Under the pieces are notes generated by a model, which was not told the origin of the DNA, ran no database searches, and was given only the letters and a program-made list of their open reading frames with translations. From Eledone cirrhosa (taxonomy: Eukaryota), in NCBI GenBank assembly GCA_964016885.1, contig OZ024741.1, positions 31,434,001-31,498,000 of the forward strand: a stretch of DNA of 64,000 nucleotides, read 5' to 3'. Shown here one piece after another: positions 27,101 through 40,393 of the stretch. The first letter of the stretch is position 1. The number at the start of each line of letters is the position of its first letter. Both the position numbers and the translations under genes were made by a program.

Positions 27101-30100
27101 TTTAAGAGGATATAGCAGGTGTGATACCTGTTAAGAGGACATAGCAGGTGTGATAACAGTTAAGAGGACAGAACAGGTGTGTTAACTGATAAGAGTAGAG
27201 AGCAGGTGTGTTAACTGTTAAGAAGAGAGAGCAGGTGTCTGTTAACCGTTAAGAGGACAGAACAGGTGTGTTAACAGTTAAGAGAACAGAACAGGTGTGT
27301 TAACAGTTAAGAGGACAGAACAGGTGTGTTAACAGTTAATAGGACAGAACAGGTGTGTTAACTGTTAAGAGTAGGGAGCAGGTGTGTTAACTGTTAAGAG
27401 GAGAGAGCAGGTGTGTTAACTGTTGAGAGGACAGAACAGGTGTGTTAATTGTTAAGAGGACAGAACAGGTGTGTTAATTGTTAAAAGGACAGAACAGGTG
27501 TGTATTAACCGTTAAGAGGACAGAACAGGTGTGTTAACAGTTAAGATGACAGAACAGGTGTGTTAACCGTTAAGAAGAGAGAGCAGGTTTGTGTTAACAG
27601 TTAAGAGGAAAGATCAGGTGTGTTAACTGTTAAGAGGACAGGACAGGTGTGTTAATATTTAAGAGGACAGAACAGGTGTGTTAACAGTTAAGACCACAGA
27701 GCAGGTGTGTTAACTGTTAAGATGACATAGCAGGTGTGTTAACAGTTAAGACGATAGAACAGGTGTGTTAATAGTTAAGAGGACAGAGCAGGTGAGTTAA
27801 CAGTTAAGAGCACAGAACAGGTGTCTTAACAGTTAAGAGGACAGAGCATGTGTGTTAACTGTTAAGAGGACATAGCAGGTGTGTTAACAGTTGAGAGGAC
27901 AGAACAGGTGTGTTGACAGTTAAGAAGACATAGCAGGTGTTTTAACAGTTAAGAATACAGAACAGGTGTGTTAACAGTTAAGAGGACATAGCAGGTGTGT
28001 TAACAGTTAAGAGGTCAGAGCAGGTGTCTTAACAGTTAAGAGGACAGAGCATGTGTGTTAACTGTTAAGAGGACATAGCAGGTGTGTTAACAGTTAAGAG
28101 GAGAGAGCAGGTGTGTTAACTGTTGAGAGGACAGAACAGGTGCGTTAACTGTTAAGAGGAGAGAGCAGGTGTGTTAACTATTAAGAGGAGAGAGCATGTG
28201 TGTTAACAGTTAAGCGGACAGAACAGGTGTGTTAACTGTTATGAGGACTGAACAGGTGTTTTAACTGTTAAGATGACATAACAGGTGTTTTAACTGTTAA
28301 GAGTACAGAACAGGTGTGTTAATAGTTAAGAGGACAGAACAGGTGTGTTAACTCTTAACAGTAGAGAGCAGGTGTATTAACTGTTAAGAGGAGAGAGCAG
28401 GTGTCTGTTAACAGTTAACAGGACAGAACAGGTGTGTTAACATTTAAGAGGACAGAACAGTTGTGTTAACAGTTACGAGGACATAACACGTGTTTTAACT
28501 GTTAATAGGACAGAACAGGTGTGTTAACAGTTAAGAGGACAGAACAGGTCTGTTAACTGTTACGAGGAGAGAGCAGGTGTGTTAACTGTTAAGAGGACAG
28601 AACAGGTGCGTTAACTGTTAAGAGGGAAAAACAGGTGTGTTAACAGTTAAGAGGACAGAACAGGTGTTTTAACTGTTAAGAGGACAGAACAGTGTGTTAA
28701 CAGTTAAGAGGACAGAACAGGTGTGTTAACAATTAAGAGGACAGAACAGGTGTGTTAACAATTAAGAGGACAGAAAAGGTGGGTTAACAGTTAAGAGGAC
28801 ATAGCAGGTGTGTTAACAGTTAAGAGAACAGAACAGGTGTGTTAACAGTTAAGAGAACATAACAGGTGTGTTAACAATTAAGAGGACAGAACAGGTGTGT
28901 TAACAGTTAAGAGGACAGAACAGGTGTTTTAACTGTTAAGAGGACAGAACAGTGTGTTAACAATTAAGAGGACAGAACAGGTGTGTTAACAATTAAGAGG
29001 ACAGAACAGGTGTGTTAACAATTAAGAGGACAGAAAAGGTGGGTTAACAGTTAAGAGGACATAGCAGGTGTGTTAACAGTTAAGAGAACAGAACAGGTGT
29101 GTTAACAGTTAAGAGAACATAACAGGTGTGTTAACAATTAAGAGGACAGAACAGGTGTGTTAACAGTTAAGAGGACAGAACAGGTGTGTTAACAGTTAAG
29201 AGGACAGAACAGGTGTGTTAACAGTTAAGAGGACATAGCAGGTGTGTTAACAATTAAGAGGACAGAGCAGGTGTGTTAACAGTTAAGAGGACAGAGCAGG
29301 TGTGTTAACAGTTAAGAGGACAGAGCAGGTGTGTTAACAATTAAGAGGACAGAAAAGGTGGGTTAACAGTTAGGAGGACATAGCAGGTGTGTTAACAATT
29401 AAGAGGACAGAACAGGTGTGTTAACAGTTAAGAGGACATAGCAGGTGCGTTAACAGTTAAGAGGACAGAACAGGTGTGTTAACAGTTAAGAGGACATAGC
29501 AAGTGTGTTAACTGTTAAGAGGAGAGAGCAGGTGTGTTAACAGTTAAGAGGAGAGAGCAGGTGTGTTAACAGTTAAGAGGAGAGAGCAGGTGTGTTAACT
29601 GTTAAGAGGACAGAACAGGTGTGTTAACTGTTGAGAGGACAGAACAGGTGTGTTAACTTTTAAGAGAACCGAACAGGTGTGGTAACAGTTAAGAGGATAG
29701 AACAGGTGTGTTAACTGTTAAGAGGACAGAACAGGTCTGTTAACTGTTGAGAGGACAGAACAGGTGTGTTAACTTTTAAGAGAACCGAACAGGTGTGGTA
29801 ACAGTTAAGAGGAGAGAACAGGTGTGTTAACTGTTAAGAGGACAGAACAGGTGTGTTAACTGTTGAGAGGACAGAACAGGTGTGTTAACTTTTAAGAGAA
29901 CCGAACAGGTGTGGTAACAGTTAAGAGGATAGAACAGGTGTGTTAACAATTAAGAGGACATAACATGTGTGTTAACAGTTAAGAGGAGAGAGCAGGTGTG
30001 TTAACTATTAAGAGGACATAACAGGTGTGTTAACAGTTAAGAGGTCAGAGCAGCTGTGATAACAGTTAAGAGGACAGAACAGGTGTGTTAACAGTTAAGA

Positions 30101-33100
30101 GAACAGAACAGGTGTTTTAACAGTTAAGAGGACAGAACAGGTGTGTTAACAGTTAAGAGGAGAGAGCAGGTGTGTTAACAATTAAGAGGACAGAACAGGT
30201 GTGTTAACAGTTAAGAGGACAGAAAAGGGGTGTGAACAGTTAAGAGGACAAACCAGGTGGGTTAACAGTTAAGAGGACAGAGCAGGTGGGTTAACAGTTA
30301 AGAGGACAGAGCAGGTGTGTTAACAATTAAGAGGACAGAACAGGTGTGTTAACAGTTAAGAGGAGAGAGCAGGTGTGTTAACAGTTAAGAGGAGAGAGCA
30401 GGTGTGTTAACTGTTAAGAGGACAGAACAGGTGCGTTAACAGTTAAGAGGACAGAAAAGGTGTGTTAACTGTTGAGAGGACAGAACAGGTGTGTTAACTG
30501 TTAAGAGTAGAGAGCAGATGTGTTAACAGTTTAGAGGACAGAACAGGTGTGTTAACTGTTGAGAGGACAGAGCAGGTGTGTTAACAGTTAAGAGGACAGA
30601 ACAGGTGTGTTAACTGTTAAGAGGAGAGAGCAGGTGTGTCAACTATTAAGAGGACAGAACAGGTTTGTTAACAGTTAAAAGACAGAGCAGATGTTTTAAC
30701 AGTTAAGAGGAGAGGGCAGGTTTGTTATCTATTAAGAGGACAGAACAGGTGTGTTAACAGTTAAGAAGACAGAGCAGGTGTGTTAACTGTTGAGAGGAGA
30801 AAACAGGTGTGTTAACTTTTAAGAGGATATAGCAGGTGTGATACCTGTTAAGAGGACATAGCAGGTGTGATAACAGTTAAGAGGACAGAACAGGTGTGTT
30901 AACTGATAAGAGTAGAGAGCAGGTGTGTTAACTGTTAAGAAGAGAGAGCAGGTGTCTGTTAACCGTTAAGAGGACAGAACAGGTGTGTTAACAGTTAAGA
31001 GAACAGAACAGGTGTGTTAACAGTTAAGAGGACAGAACAGGTGTGTTAACAGTTAATAGGACAGAACAGGTGTGTTAACTGTTAAGAGTAGGGAGCAGGT
31101 GTGTTAACTGTTAAGAGGAGAGAGCAGGTGTGTTAACTGTTGAGAGGACAGAACAGGTGTGTTAATTGTTAAGAGGACAGAACAGGTGTGTTAATTGTTA
31201 AAAGGACAGAACAGGTGTGTATTAACCGTTAAGAGGACAGAACAGGTGTGTTAACAGTTAAGATGACAGAACAGGTGTGTTAACCGTTAAGAAGAGAGAG
31301 CAGGTTTGTGTTAACAGTTAAGAGGAAAGATCAGGTGTGTTAACTGTTAAGAGGACAGGACAGGTGTGTTAATATTTAAGAGGACAGAACAGGTGTGTTA
31401 ACAGTTAAGACCACAGAGCAGGTGTGTTAACTGTTAAGATGACATAGCAGGTGTGTTAACAGTTAAGACGATAGAACAGGTGTGTTAATAGTTAAGAGGA
31501 CAGAGCAGGTGAGTTAACAGTTAAGAGCACAGAACAGGTGTCTTAACAGTTAAGAGGACAGAGCATGTGTGTTAACTGTTAAGAGGACATAGCAGGTGTG
31601 TTAACAGTTGAGAGGACAGAACAGGTGTGTTGACAGTTAAGAAGACATAGCAGGTGTTTTAACAGTTAAGAATACAGAACAGGTGTGTTAACAGTTAAGA
31701 GGACATAGCAGGTGTGTTAACAGTTAAGAGGTCAGAGCAGGTGTCTTAACAGTTAAGAGGACAGAGCATGTGTGTTAACTGTTAAGAGGACATAGCAGGT
31801 GTGTTAACAGTTAAGAGGAGAGAGCAGGTGTGTTAACTGTTGAGAGGACAGAACAGGTGCGTTAACTGTTAAGAGGAGAGAGCAGGTGTGTTAACTATTA
31901 AGAGGAGAGAGCATGTGTGTTAACAGTTAAGCGGACAGAACAGGTGTGTTAACTGTTATGAGGACTGAACAGGTGTTTTAACTGTTAAGATGACATAACA
32001 GGTGTTTTAACTGTTAAGAGTACAGAACAGGTGTGTTAATAGTTAAGAGGACAGAACAGGTGTGTTAACTCTTAACAGTAGAGAGCAGGTGTATTAACTG
32101 TTAAGAGGAGAGAGCAGGTGTCTGTTAACAGTTAACAGGACAGAACAGGTGTGTTAACATTTAAGAGGACAGAACAGTTGTGTTAACAGTTACGAGGACA
32201 TAACACGTGTTTTAACTGTTAATAGGACAGAACAGGTGTGTTAACAGTTAAGAGGACAGAACAGGTCTGTTAACTGTTACGAGGAGAGAGCAGGTGTGTT
32301 AACTGTTAAGAGGACAGAACAGGTGCGTTAACTGTTAAGAGGGAAAAACAGGTGTGTTAACTGTTAAGAGGACAGAACAGGTGTTTTAACTGTTAAGAGG
32401 ACAGAACAGTGTGTTAACAGTTAAGAGGACAGAACAGGTGTGTTAACTGTTAAGAGTAGAGAGCAGGTGTGTTAACTGTTAAGAGGAGAGAACAGGTGTC
32501 TGTTAACTGTTAAGAGGACATAACAGGTGTGTTAACTGTTTAGAGGACAGAACAGGTGTGTTAGTTGTTAAGAGGACAGAACAGGTGTGTGTTAACCGTT
32601 AAGAGGACAGAACAGGTGTGTTAACAGTTAAGAGGACAGAACAGGTGTGTTAACCGTTAAGAAGAGAGAGCAGGTGTGTGTTAACAGTTAAGAGGAAAGA
32701 TCAGGTGTGTTAATTTTTAAGAGGACAGGACAGGTGTGTTAATATTTAAGAGGACAGAACAGGTGTGTCAACAGTTAAGACCACAAAGCATGTGTGTTAA
32801 CTGTTAAGATGACATAGCAGGTGTGTTAACATTTAAGAGGAGAGAGCAGGTGTGTTAACTGTTGAGAGGACGGAACAGGTGCATTAACTGTTAAGAGTAG
32901 AGAGCAGGTGTGTTAACCATTAAGAGGACAGAACAGGTGTGTTAACTGTTATGAGGACAGAACAGGTGTATTAACTTTTAAGAGGACATAGCAGGTGTTT
33001 TAACTGTTAAGAGGACAGAACAGGTGTGTTAACAGTTAAGAGGACAGAACAGGTGTGTTAATAGTTAAGAGGACAGAATAGGTGTGTTAACAGTTAAGAG

Positions 33101-33930
33101 GACAGAACAGGTGTCTGTTAACAGTTAAGTGGACAGAACAGGTGTGTTAACTGTTACGTGGAAAGAACAGGTGTGTGGGAACAGTTAAGAGGACAGAACA
33201 GCTCTGATAACAGTTACGAGGACAGAGCAGGTGTGTTAACTGTTAATAGCTGAGAGCAGGTGTGTTAACTGTTAAGAGGACATGGCAGGTGTGTTAACTG
33301 TTAAGAGGACAGAACAGGTGTGTTAACAGTTAAGAGGACAGAACAGGTGTCTGTTAACAGTTAAGAGGGCAGAACAGGTGTGTTAACAGTTAAGAGGACA
33401 TAACATGTGTTTTAACTGTTATTAAGACAGAACAGGTGTGTTAACAGTTAAGAGGACAGAACAGGTGTGTTAACTGTTAAGAGGAGAGATCAGGTGTGTT
33501 AACTGTTAATAGGAGAGAGCAGGTGTGTTAACTGTTAAGAGGACAGAACAGGTGTGTTAACTGTTAAGAGGAGAGAGCAGGTGTGTTAACTGTTAATAGG
33601 AGAGAGCAGGTGTGTTAACTGTTAAGAGGACAGAACAGGTGTGTTAACTGTTAAGAGGACAGAACAGGTTTGTTAACTGTTAAGAGGACAGAACAGGTAA
33701 GTGTTAACCGTTAAGAGGACAGAACAGGTGTGTTAACAGTTAAGAGGACAGACTAGGTGTATTAACCGTTAAGAAGAGAGAGCCGGTGTGTGTTAACAGT
33801 TAAGAGGACAGAGCAGGTGTGTTAACTGTTAAGAGGACAGAACAGGTGTGTGTTAACAGTTAAGAGGACAGAACAAGTGTATTAACAATTAAGAGGAGAG
33901 AACATGTGTGTTAACTGTTAAGAGGGTGTG
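24120..33930. repeat. 29-bp minisatellite array (~9.8 kb, roughly 340 units), consensus AACAGGTGTGTTAAC(A/T)GTTAAGAGGACAG
   Basis: Uninterrupted tandem array with no spacers; internal 3,717-bp duplication. Confidence 0.98.
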
Positions 33931-34089
33931 TTTTAAACTTCATTGTACATTTCTGGAGGTAGGCGTGTCAAACGAAAGTAATTCTATAAAAATTGAAATA
34001 CCAAAGGTGACGTCGCAACACATATATAATGTATATATACTTGATATGTACACTATATACAGTATATATACACATTATATATGATGTTA

Positions 34090-34275
34090 TCTAACGGAAA
34101 GGCAAAGGGCGATACAGCTTGGTACCAATTACATCACAACTCATTTCTACAACTGAGAGAATTGGAGTAACATGAAATAAGTGTCTTGCTCAAGGACACA
34201 ACGCATTGGTCTATCCAGGAATCAACATCACAACTTCAAGATTCTGAACCCAATTCTCTAACCACAAAGCCACTA
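34090..34275 (-). mobile_element. Decayed tRNA-derived SINE (second family)
   Basis: Minus strand GCGTTGTGTCCTTGAGCAAGACACTT shared with 50885-51020 and 54960-55262. Confidence 0.65.
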
Positions 34276-34365
34276 AGTGACCCTATGGACATCATCTGAA
34301 TTAATGTTACACCATTGCAAAAGACATGGACCGACGATATTACAGCTGATGTGTCTAATACGGTC

Positions 34366-34690
34366 TGCTATTATTTCTACGGCCCTTTATGGTCTGAGTT
34401 CAAATCCCACCGAGGTTAACTTTGCCCTTCATTCTGACGGGGTCGATAAAATAAAGTACCAGTAATACATTGGTTAATTGCTGGCCTTGTGCCTAAAGTA
34501 GAAACGATTATTATTTGGCAGTATCGGTAAATCGTCGGACGCCATGCTTTGTAGCATAAAGTTACGACTCTTTATGATCTGAGTTCAAATCCCGCCGAGG
34601 TTAACTTTGCTTTACGAGGTCGATTAAATAAAATACTAGTAATTTACTGGAGAAATTGCTGGCCTTGTGCCAAAAGTAGAAACAATTATT
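34366..34690 (+). mobile_element. Two tandem tRNA SINE copies (first family)
   Basis: GAGTTCAAATCC B boxes, central domain, 3' AGTAGAAAC..TTATT. Confidence 0.85.
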
Positions 34691-35004
34691 TCTAGTGATT
34701 CAGTCATACATTTTCTAAATATTGAAATACGAAATTGTTATGCAAGAAAAGCAGCCATGCGACTTGAGGATATACAATAATCACCTAGAATAGATTTTAT
34801 CCCGAGGCAAGTGAAATTAATCACCAGTGAAGGTATCGCCATTTAACATAACTATACAGAATATATGGTTACCAATACAGCCAGCTAACAGATGTAGTTT
34901 TTCTTTTCCGACTCTTATTTAACAAACTTGTGTTTAATTCTCTGCTGTAATCTAATGCAATAGAAACTGAATTGTTGACCTATGAACTAATAGCTGTTCG
35001 TAGA

Positions 35005-35320
35005 ACAACAATAACAACACCATCAGCACCACCACCAGCACCGCCACCATAGCCTCCACCACCAACAACAACAACACCATCACCAACACCATCACCACCA
35101 CCACCACCACCGCCACCACAACCACCACGACTACCACCAACAACAACATCATCACCACCACCACCACCACCACCACCGCCACCACAACCACCACGACCAC
35201 CACCAACAACAACATCACTAACACCATCACCACCATCACCACCACTATCATCACCACCACAACGACAACCACCACCACCAACAACAACAACACATCGCCA
35301 CCACCACCACCACCACCACA
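35005..35320. repeat. (ACC/AAC)n trinucleotide low-complexity tract
   Basis: Direct reading. Confidence 0.9.
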
Positions 35321-35758
35321 GGGACGTGGCCTTAGGGCCAAGGACACCAGATGTCTTCATTAGGATGTCAGCAGTCGGCTCGTTGTCGATTATTTTGTAT
35401 TGCACTGTTAATGTATTCTGTATTTTCTATTTCGTTTATGGATTTGTTATATGTTGAGTATTCTCTGTGTAAAGGGGATTAAAGACATGATCTGTCACCA
35501 TGTTTAGATTGTTATCTTTGTTTGGTTGCTGAATATTCCACCGGTTTCAACAACGAATATTCCCGTGCTTTCATCAACAGTGATACCTACTTATTGTATT
35601 AGAGCTGAGCATTTCACAAACACGTGTACTATTAATCTATTAATGTAACAAACTCACACAAACACATATACAGATACGTAGAAATCTATATCTATATCTG
35701 TATCTCTCTGTCTCACACTCTCTCTCTTTCTCTCTCTCCTCTCTCTCTCTCCCTCTCT

Positions 35759-35821
<63 letters not shown>

Positions 35822-35931
35822 TATACTCCTTTACTCTTTTACCTGTTCCAGCCTTCCGGCAGAGGCCATGCTGGGGCACCACATCTGGATGGATTCTGTT
35901 AGAATCTCATTAGACCATTATAAATAAATAA

Positions 35932-36010
<79 letters not shown>

Positions 36011-36014
<4 letters not shown>

Positions 36015-36880
36015 TATTAGGATTGCTGCTATGAAATAGCGATGTATACATGAATGTATGTATAATATATTTGGCAATATACCGTATGTTTAATTAAAAA
36101 CATTTTGAAGACCATACGCTATCGGTTTTAAAGTAGTGACTATGGCACTTACTTCTTTTCGGCGAAAGAAGGCAGAGAAGCTAACAGTCTGTTTCATGCT
36201 GTTTGGCGATCATCAGAGCCACGCACTCCCTGCTTCCGCCGAAAATTATAGAAGGTGGATTATTATAGAATTCTAGTAATAATCAGGAGCTGGTTATACT
36301 GAGCGATTGATCGATAGCGTATGGTCTTCAAAATGTTTTTAATTAAACATACAATATATTGTCAAATGTACTATACATACATCGCTATTTCACAGCACCA
36401 ATCCTAATACCTAAATTTTTGCTGGACCGGCAATCGCTCTGTATAATCAGCTCCTGATTATTACTGGAATTCTATAAGAATCCAGCTTCTATAATTTTCG
36501 GCGGAAGCAGGGAGTGCGTGGCTCTGATGATCGCCAAAGACCGTGAAACAGACTGTTAGCTTCTCTGTCTTCTTTCGACGAAAAGAAGTAAGTTACATAG
36601 TCAGTACTTTAAAACCGATAGCGTATGATCTTCAAAATGTTTTTAATTAAACATACGGTATATTGCCAAATATACTATACATACTTTAATGTATACATCA
36701 CTATTTCAGAGCACCAATCCTAATACCTAATTTTTTGAAGGACCACCAAATAATTTTATTGCTTATTTCAAGATTCACTTCCGGTTGGCGCCCGTTATAT
36801 TATAACACTTATTACATCGCTTATATAAACGTTCATATATTTCCGTCACCAATTTTCTCTTAATGTAGTTTATATATAGT
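36011..36880 (+). mobile_element. Non-coding mini-PLE / retrozyme-like element: inverted arm (36011-36310) plus ~304-bp repeat unit; HHR motifs at 36179-36220 (-) and 36520-36561 (+)
   Basis: 36312-36428 repeated at 36616-36744; ggct-CTGATGA-tcgccaaa..-GAAA-cag a ctg-TT-agct; weak stem II. Confidence 0.78.
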
Positions 36881-36988
36881 AGTGTCTTTATCAAATGTAT
36901 CATGGATTACTTTACTGATTGCAGAAGAGAGTGTAACACAGTCTCTCTTCAATTTCTTTTACTTATATATATATACCCACACACATAT

Positions 36989-37088
<100 letters not shown>

Positions 37089-37328
37089 TCATTGAATTAC
37101 AGGATTATAAGCGAGTCCTTTACTCCATTATTTTACTTGATATTTGCTACTTGGATTCTCTCTGCTGTCGAGCACCATAAATTAAACGGTATAGGCTGAC
37201 ATTTCTAGCAGCTTGTTCTGTTCATACTACCGGCCACTGCCTCGTGCACGTATTTCCCTCCTGTTTACACGTGCGACAGGTGGTTTACTATAGTTCACTC
37301 TTTAGTAGTGCGGACAATATCGGTTTTG

Positions 37329-37405
37329 CACATGCTGATGACCCACTAAGCCGAATTGGAACCCACTATATGGCGAAACAATCTCCTAGTGAGTTTGTAC
37401 ATGTG
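37329..37405 (+). ncRNA. Type I hammerhead with full monomeric stem III
   Basis: cacatg-CTGATGA-c cca...tgg c-GAAA-caa tctc ctagt gagt ttg-TA-catgtg; perfect 6-bp stem I. Confidence 0.82.
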
Positions 37406-37566
37406 TGATTTAGTTATGAGGTTGGTTTCTCATTTTAATTTATCCTTTCAATTATAATGTTTTTCCCACACCTCTCTTAGCATATATTGTCTTCACGGTG
37501 GTGGTTTAAAATCCTACACATGAAAACACACTCTCTTGTGTTTTTGCCCTCTATATATTGTATATA

Positions 37567-39440
37567 TGTAGCGAAATCTGTCCACGTCTTGAACATTGGG
37601 TGACACCTAAAAGTCAAATTCTAGGTCACCATCCTCTTCAGCGTGGACGGTTTAATGCGTAGGCTATCCCATCGGTGGGAGACAGAAAGCGACAGGTATA
37701 TAAAGCCTGTATATTTCCACGTTAGACACAGAGAGATCGGAGGTGTACTCTATAGTCAAGCTATGTAAAGATCACCGCTATCTACAGGCCACAGTGGTCT
37801 ACAATCAACTACAGACCATTACTCTCTCTCTCTCTCCTGGTCTCCGACTACACCAGCCTCATGAACTAACAGCAAAATAACATTGTCAACCTTCACAACT
37901 CGTGGTAACTTGTTGATTGTTCTTTTTGACTGAAGTGAAGTAAGCCGTTTTATATATAAAGTAAATCATTTATTCATGTTATTTCATCTAACAGCTAACT
38001 ACTAAAATACCTTTCGTTATATTGGTGAACCCGGCGTGATTAAAAAAAAATGAAGTGGTATTTAAAAAAATGAAAACAACACCCAAACTGTTTTTCAACA
38101 TGGCCGACATCAACAACTTTCTCAGCAATATATAATTACCAAGCTTCTCATCTATATGGTACGATATGATAAAACTTCACTCTTTCAAATTATTCACCAA
38201 ACTTCCATTCTACGGAATATTTACAGTGACTTTGCTTTGATGTTTCGATTCATTACCAAACACTTCACTACGTGCTTCGTAATCTCCAACAACAATAGAC
38301 AATACTACTAGCTTCCTAGCAAGAACACGTTAACATAAAGAAGAGAAAAACGAACTTTTTGTAAAGAACAATTATATAAATATTTTTTTAATTTTTTTAT
38401 AGGTTATATATGAACGTTCATTTTTAATTTTTATTTGTTTTACTGAATTATATGCCTGTATGAACATACACATCATTTTCTTTGTCACACACCAACATAT
38501 TTTTGTCTATGGTATATTCTGGATTCGGTTGGGTTTCTGCGAGATCACTTTTCAACGGGTCGAGATTCGGCAACAACTATTAAACACATGAGAAACAACC
38601 AACGGGTACTACTAGCCTGGACTCACTCAGGCACGCAACTCAAAATTGCACACATTCATGTCATAGCATAAACCGCGATACACTGGAAGAGAATCTTACG
38701 TATGATGATATCGTAATCCGATACCGTAACCCCAACGTTCAGCCATCCATACAGAACAGTTCGAAATACATGATCACAACTTTGTATATTTGCAGTTTCT
38801 TCTAAATATTACACACACACATGCATACACAGTTATACGATTTTTTTTTCTCTCCAAATTTCTCTGCACTCGAAATGCGGGCGCAGTACCCATATTTTGT
38901 GTGTTTTGGGACACGCTTCTAGAATCAGATTTCGCTAACCCTTTCATAATCGATCGTTGCTCCTGCATCGATCTGGGTAGGGAACTAATGTAGCGAAATC
39001 TGTCCACGTCTTGAACCTTGGGTGACACCTAAAAGTCAAATTCTAGGTCACCATCCTCTTCGGCGTGGACAGGTTCATGCGTGGGCTATCCCCTCGAGGT
39101 GGGAGACAGAAAGCGACAGGTATATAAAGCCTGTATATTTCCACGTTAGACACAGAGAGATCGGAGCTGTACTCTATAGACAAGCAATGTAAAGATCACT
39201 GCTATGTACTGGTCACAATGGTTTACAGTCAACTACAGACCATTACTCTCTATCTCTTCTGGTTTCCGACTACACCAGCCTCTTGAACCAACAACAAAAT
39301 AATATTGTCAACCTTCGCAACTCGTGGTAACTTGTTGATTGTTATTTTTGACTGAAGTGAAGTAAACCTTTTTATATATAAAGTAAATCATTTATTCTTC
39401 TTATTACCTCTAACAATTTTTACTAATACCCTTCGTTACA
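37567..39440 (+). mobile_element. Non-autonomous LTR retrotransposon (TRIM/LARD-like): LTRs 37567-38021 and 38989-39440, non-coding interior
   Basis: ~450-bp direct repeats TGTAGCGAAA...TTCGTTAC/TA; PBS after 5' LTR; purine tract gggtagggaa before 3' LTR; TATA-like ggtatataaagc in each LTR. Confidence 0.9.
38023..38040 (+). promoter_or_regulatory. Primer binding site, tRNA-Trp type
   Basis: TGGTGAACCCGGCGTGAT versus the tRNA-Trp complement TGGTGACCCCGACGTGAT (2 mismatches). Confidence 0.8.
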
Positions 39441-40334
39441 CATACACACACATATATATATATATATATTCATACCCATACAGATTTTCTTTTTTATTCA
39501 GAGAACAGTATATCATTAGGAAATTAGATTTGGAAATTGAAGAGTAAAGAAATAAGGTCTTTTGTATTTAAAAATTCATGGAAGAATTAACTGAAGGTAT
39601 TTCCACTATCTAAAGACAAAGTATCTGGATTATTTCTTCATCAGTGTAGTCACCATTACGTTTATTGATTGTCTTGCTATCCCCGTCTTTTTCTCTCTCA
39701 CTCTTTTCTAATCCTTCACTGTCATAGCTGTCTAATTGAAGCAAATACGAAATTGTTTCAGTCAATGGCATATATTTGATCTTCGTGCATTATTGCTTTT
39801 AGAATTTCATTAGAATTCTTGATGGCGATTTCTTTTTATTTTGTTTCCCAATTGTCTTTAGTATTGACGTCTAGTCTCTGTGTATTCTAATTGCTGATGC
39901 TGCGTTTGTCTTTCCTTTATGTCAATTATCATCATCCATAGATTATCTGGTTCATTGTTATTCTCTGATTTTACATTAGGCTTTGAGATATGTCAAACTA
40001 CTCTTTCAAGAAGAGCCAACGAGAAAGCGACTAAGTGGTCAGTCATCTTACAAGAAATTACAATCAAATCATTCTTCAAATTGTAATTTTAATGGGTATA
40101 AGAATGACTGCATGGTTAAGTAATGCATTTCGTAACCTCGTGGTCCCTCTTTCGACCCCACAGCAATCGGGAAAGGGATTCTTACCAAAGTTTCCGGTTT
40201 ACCAATAGTGTATTGGTGTAATTTGGTAGAGGAAAATTGTGTGGAAGGTCATACACACACAAACACTACACGCACACATGTATATACATACATACACACA
40301 CGCATACATTACATAAATGCATGCATACATAGCT

Positions 40335-40390
<56 letters not shown>

Positions 40391-40393
<3 letters not shown>

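Noticed and set aside
24120-33930. CRISPR-like array (29-bp repeat with a palindrome)
   Set aside because: Units are contiguous with no spacers, no cas genes, eukaryotic context
34952-35405. Poly-Val / poly-Gly ORFs
   Set aside because: (ACC/AAC)n trinucleotide repeat
39585-39652. Minus-strand CTGATGA...GAAA
   Set aside because: Stems I and II pair poorly; at best a decayed HHR
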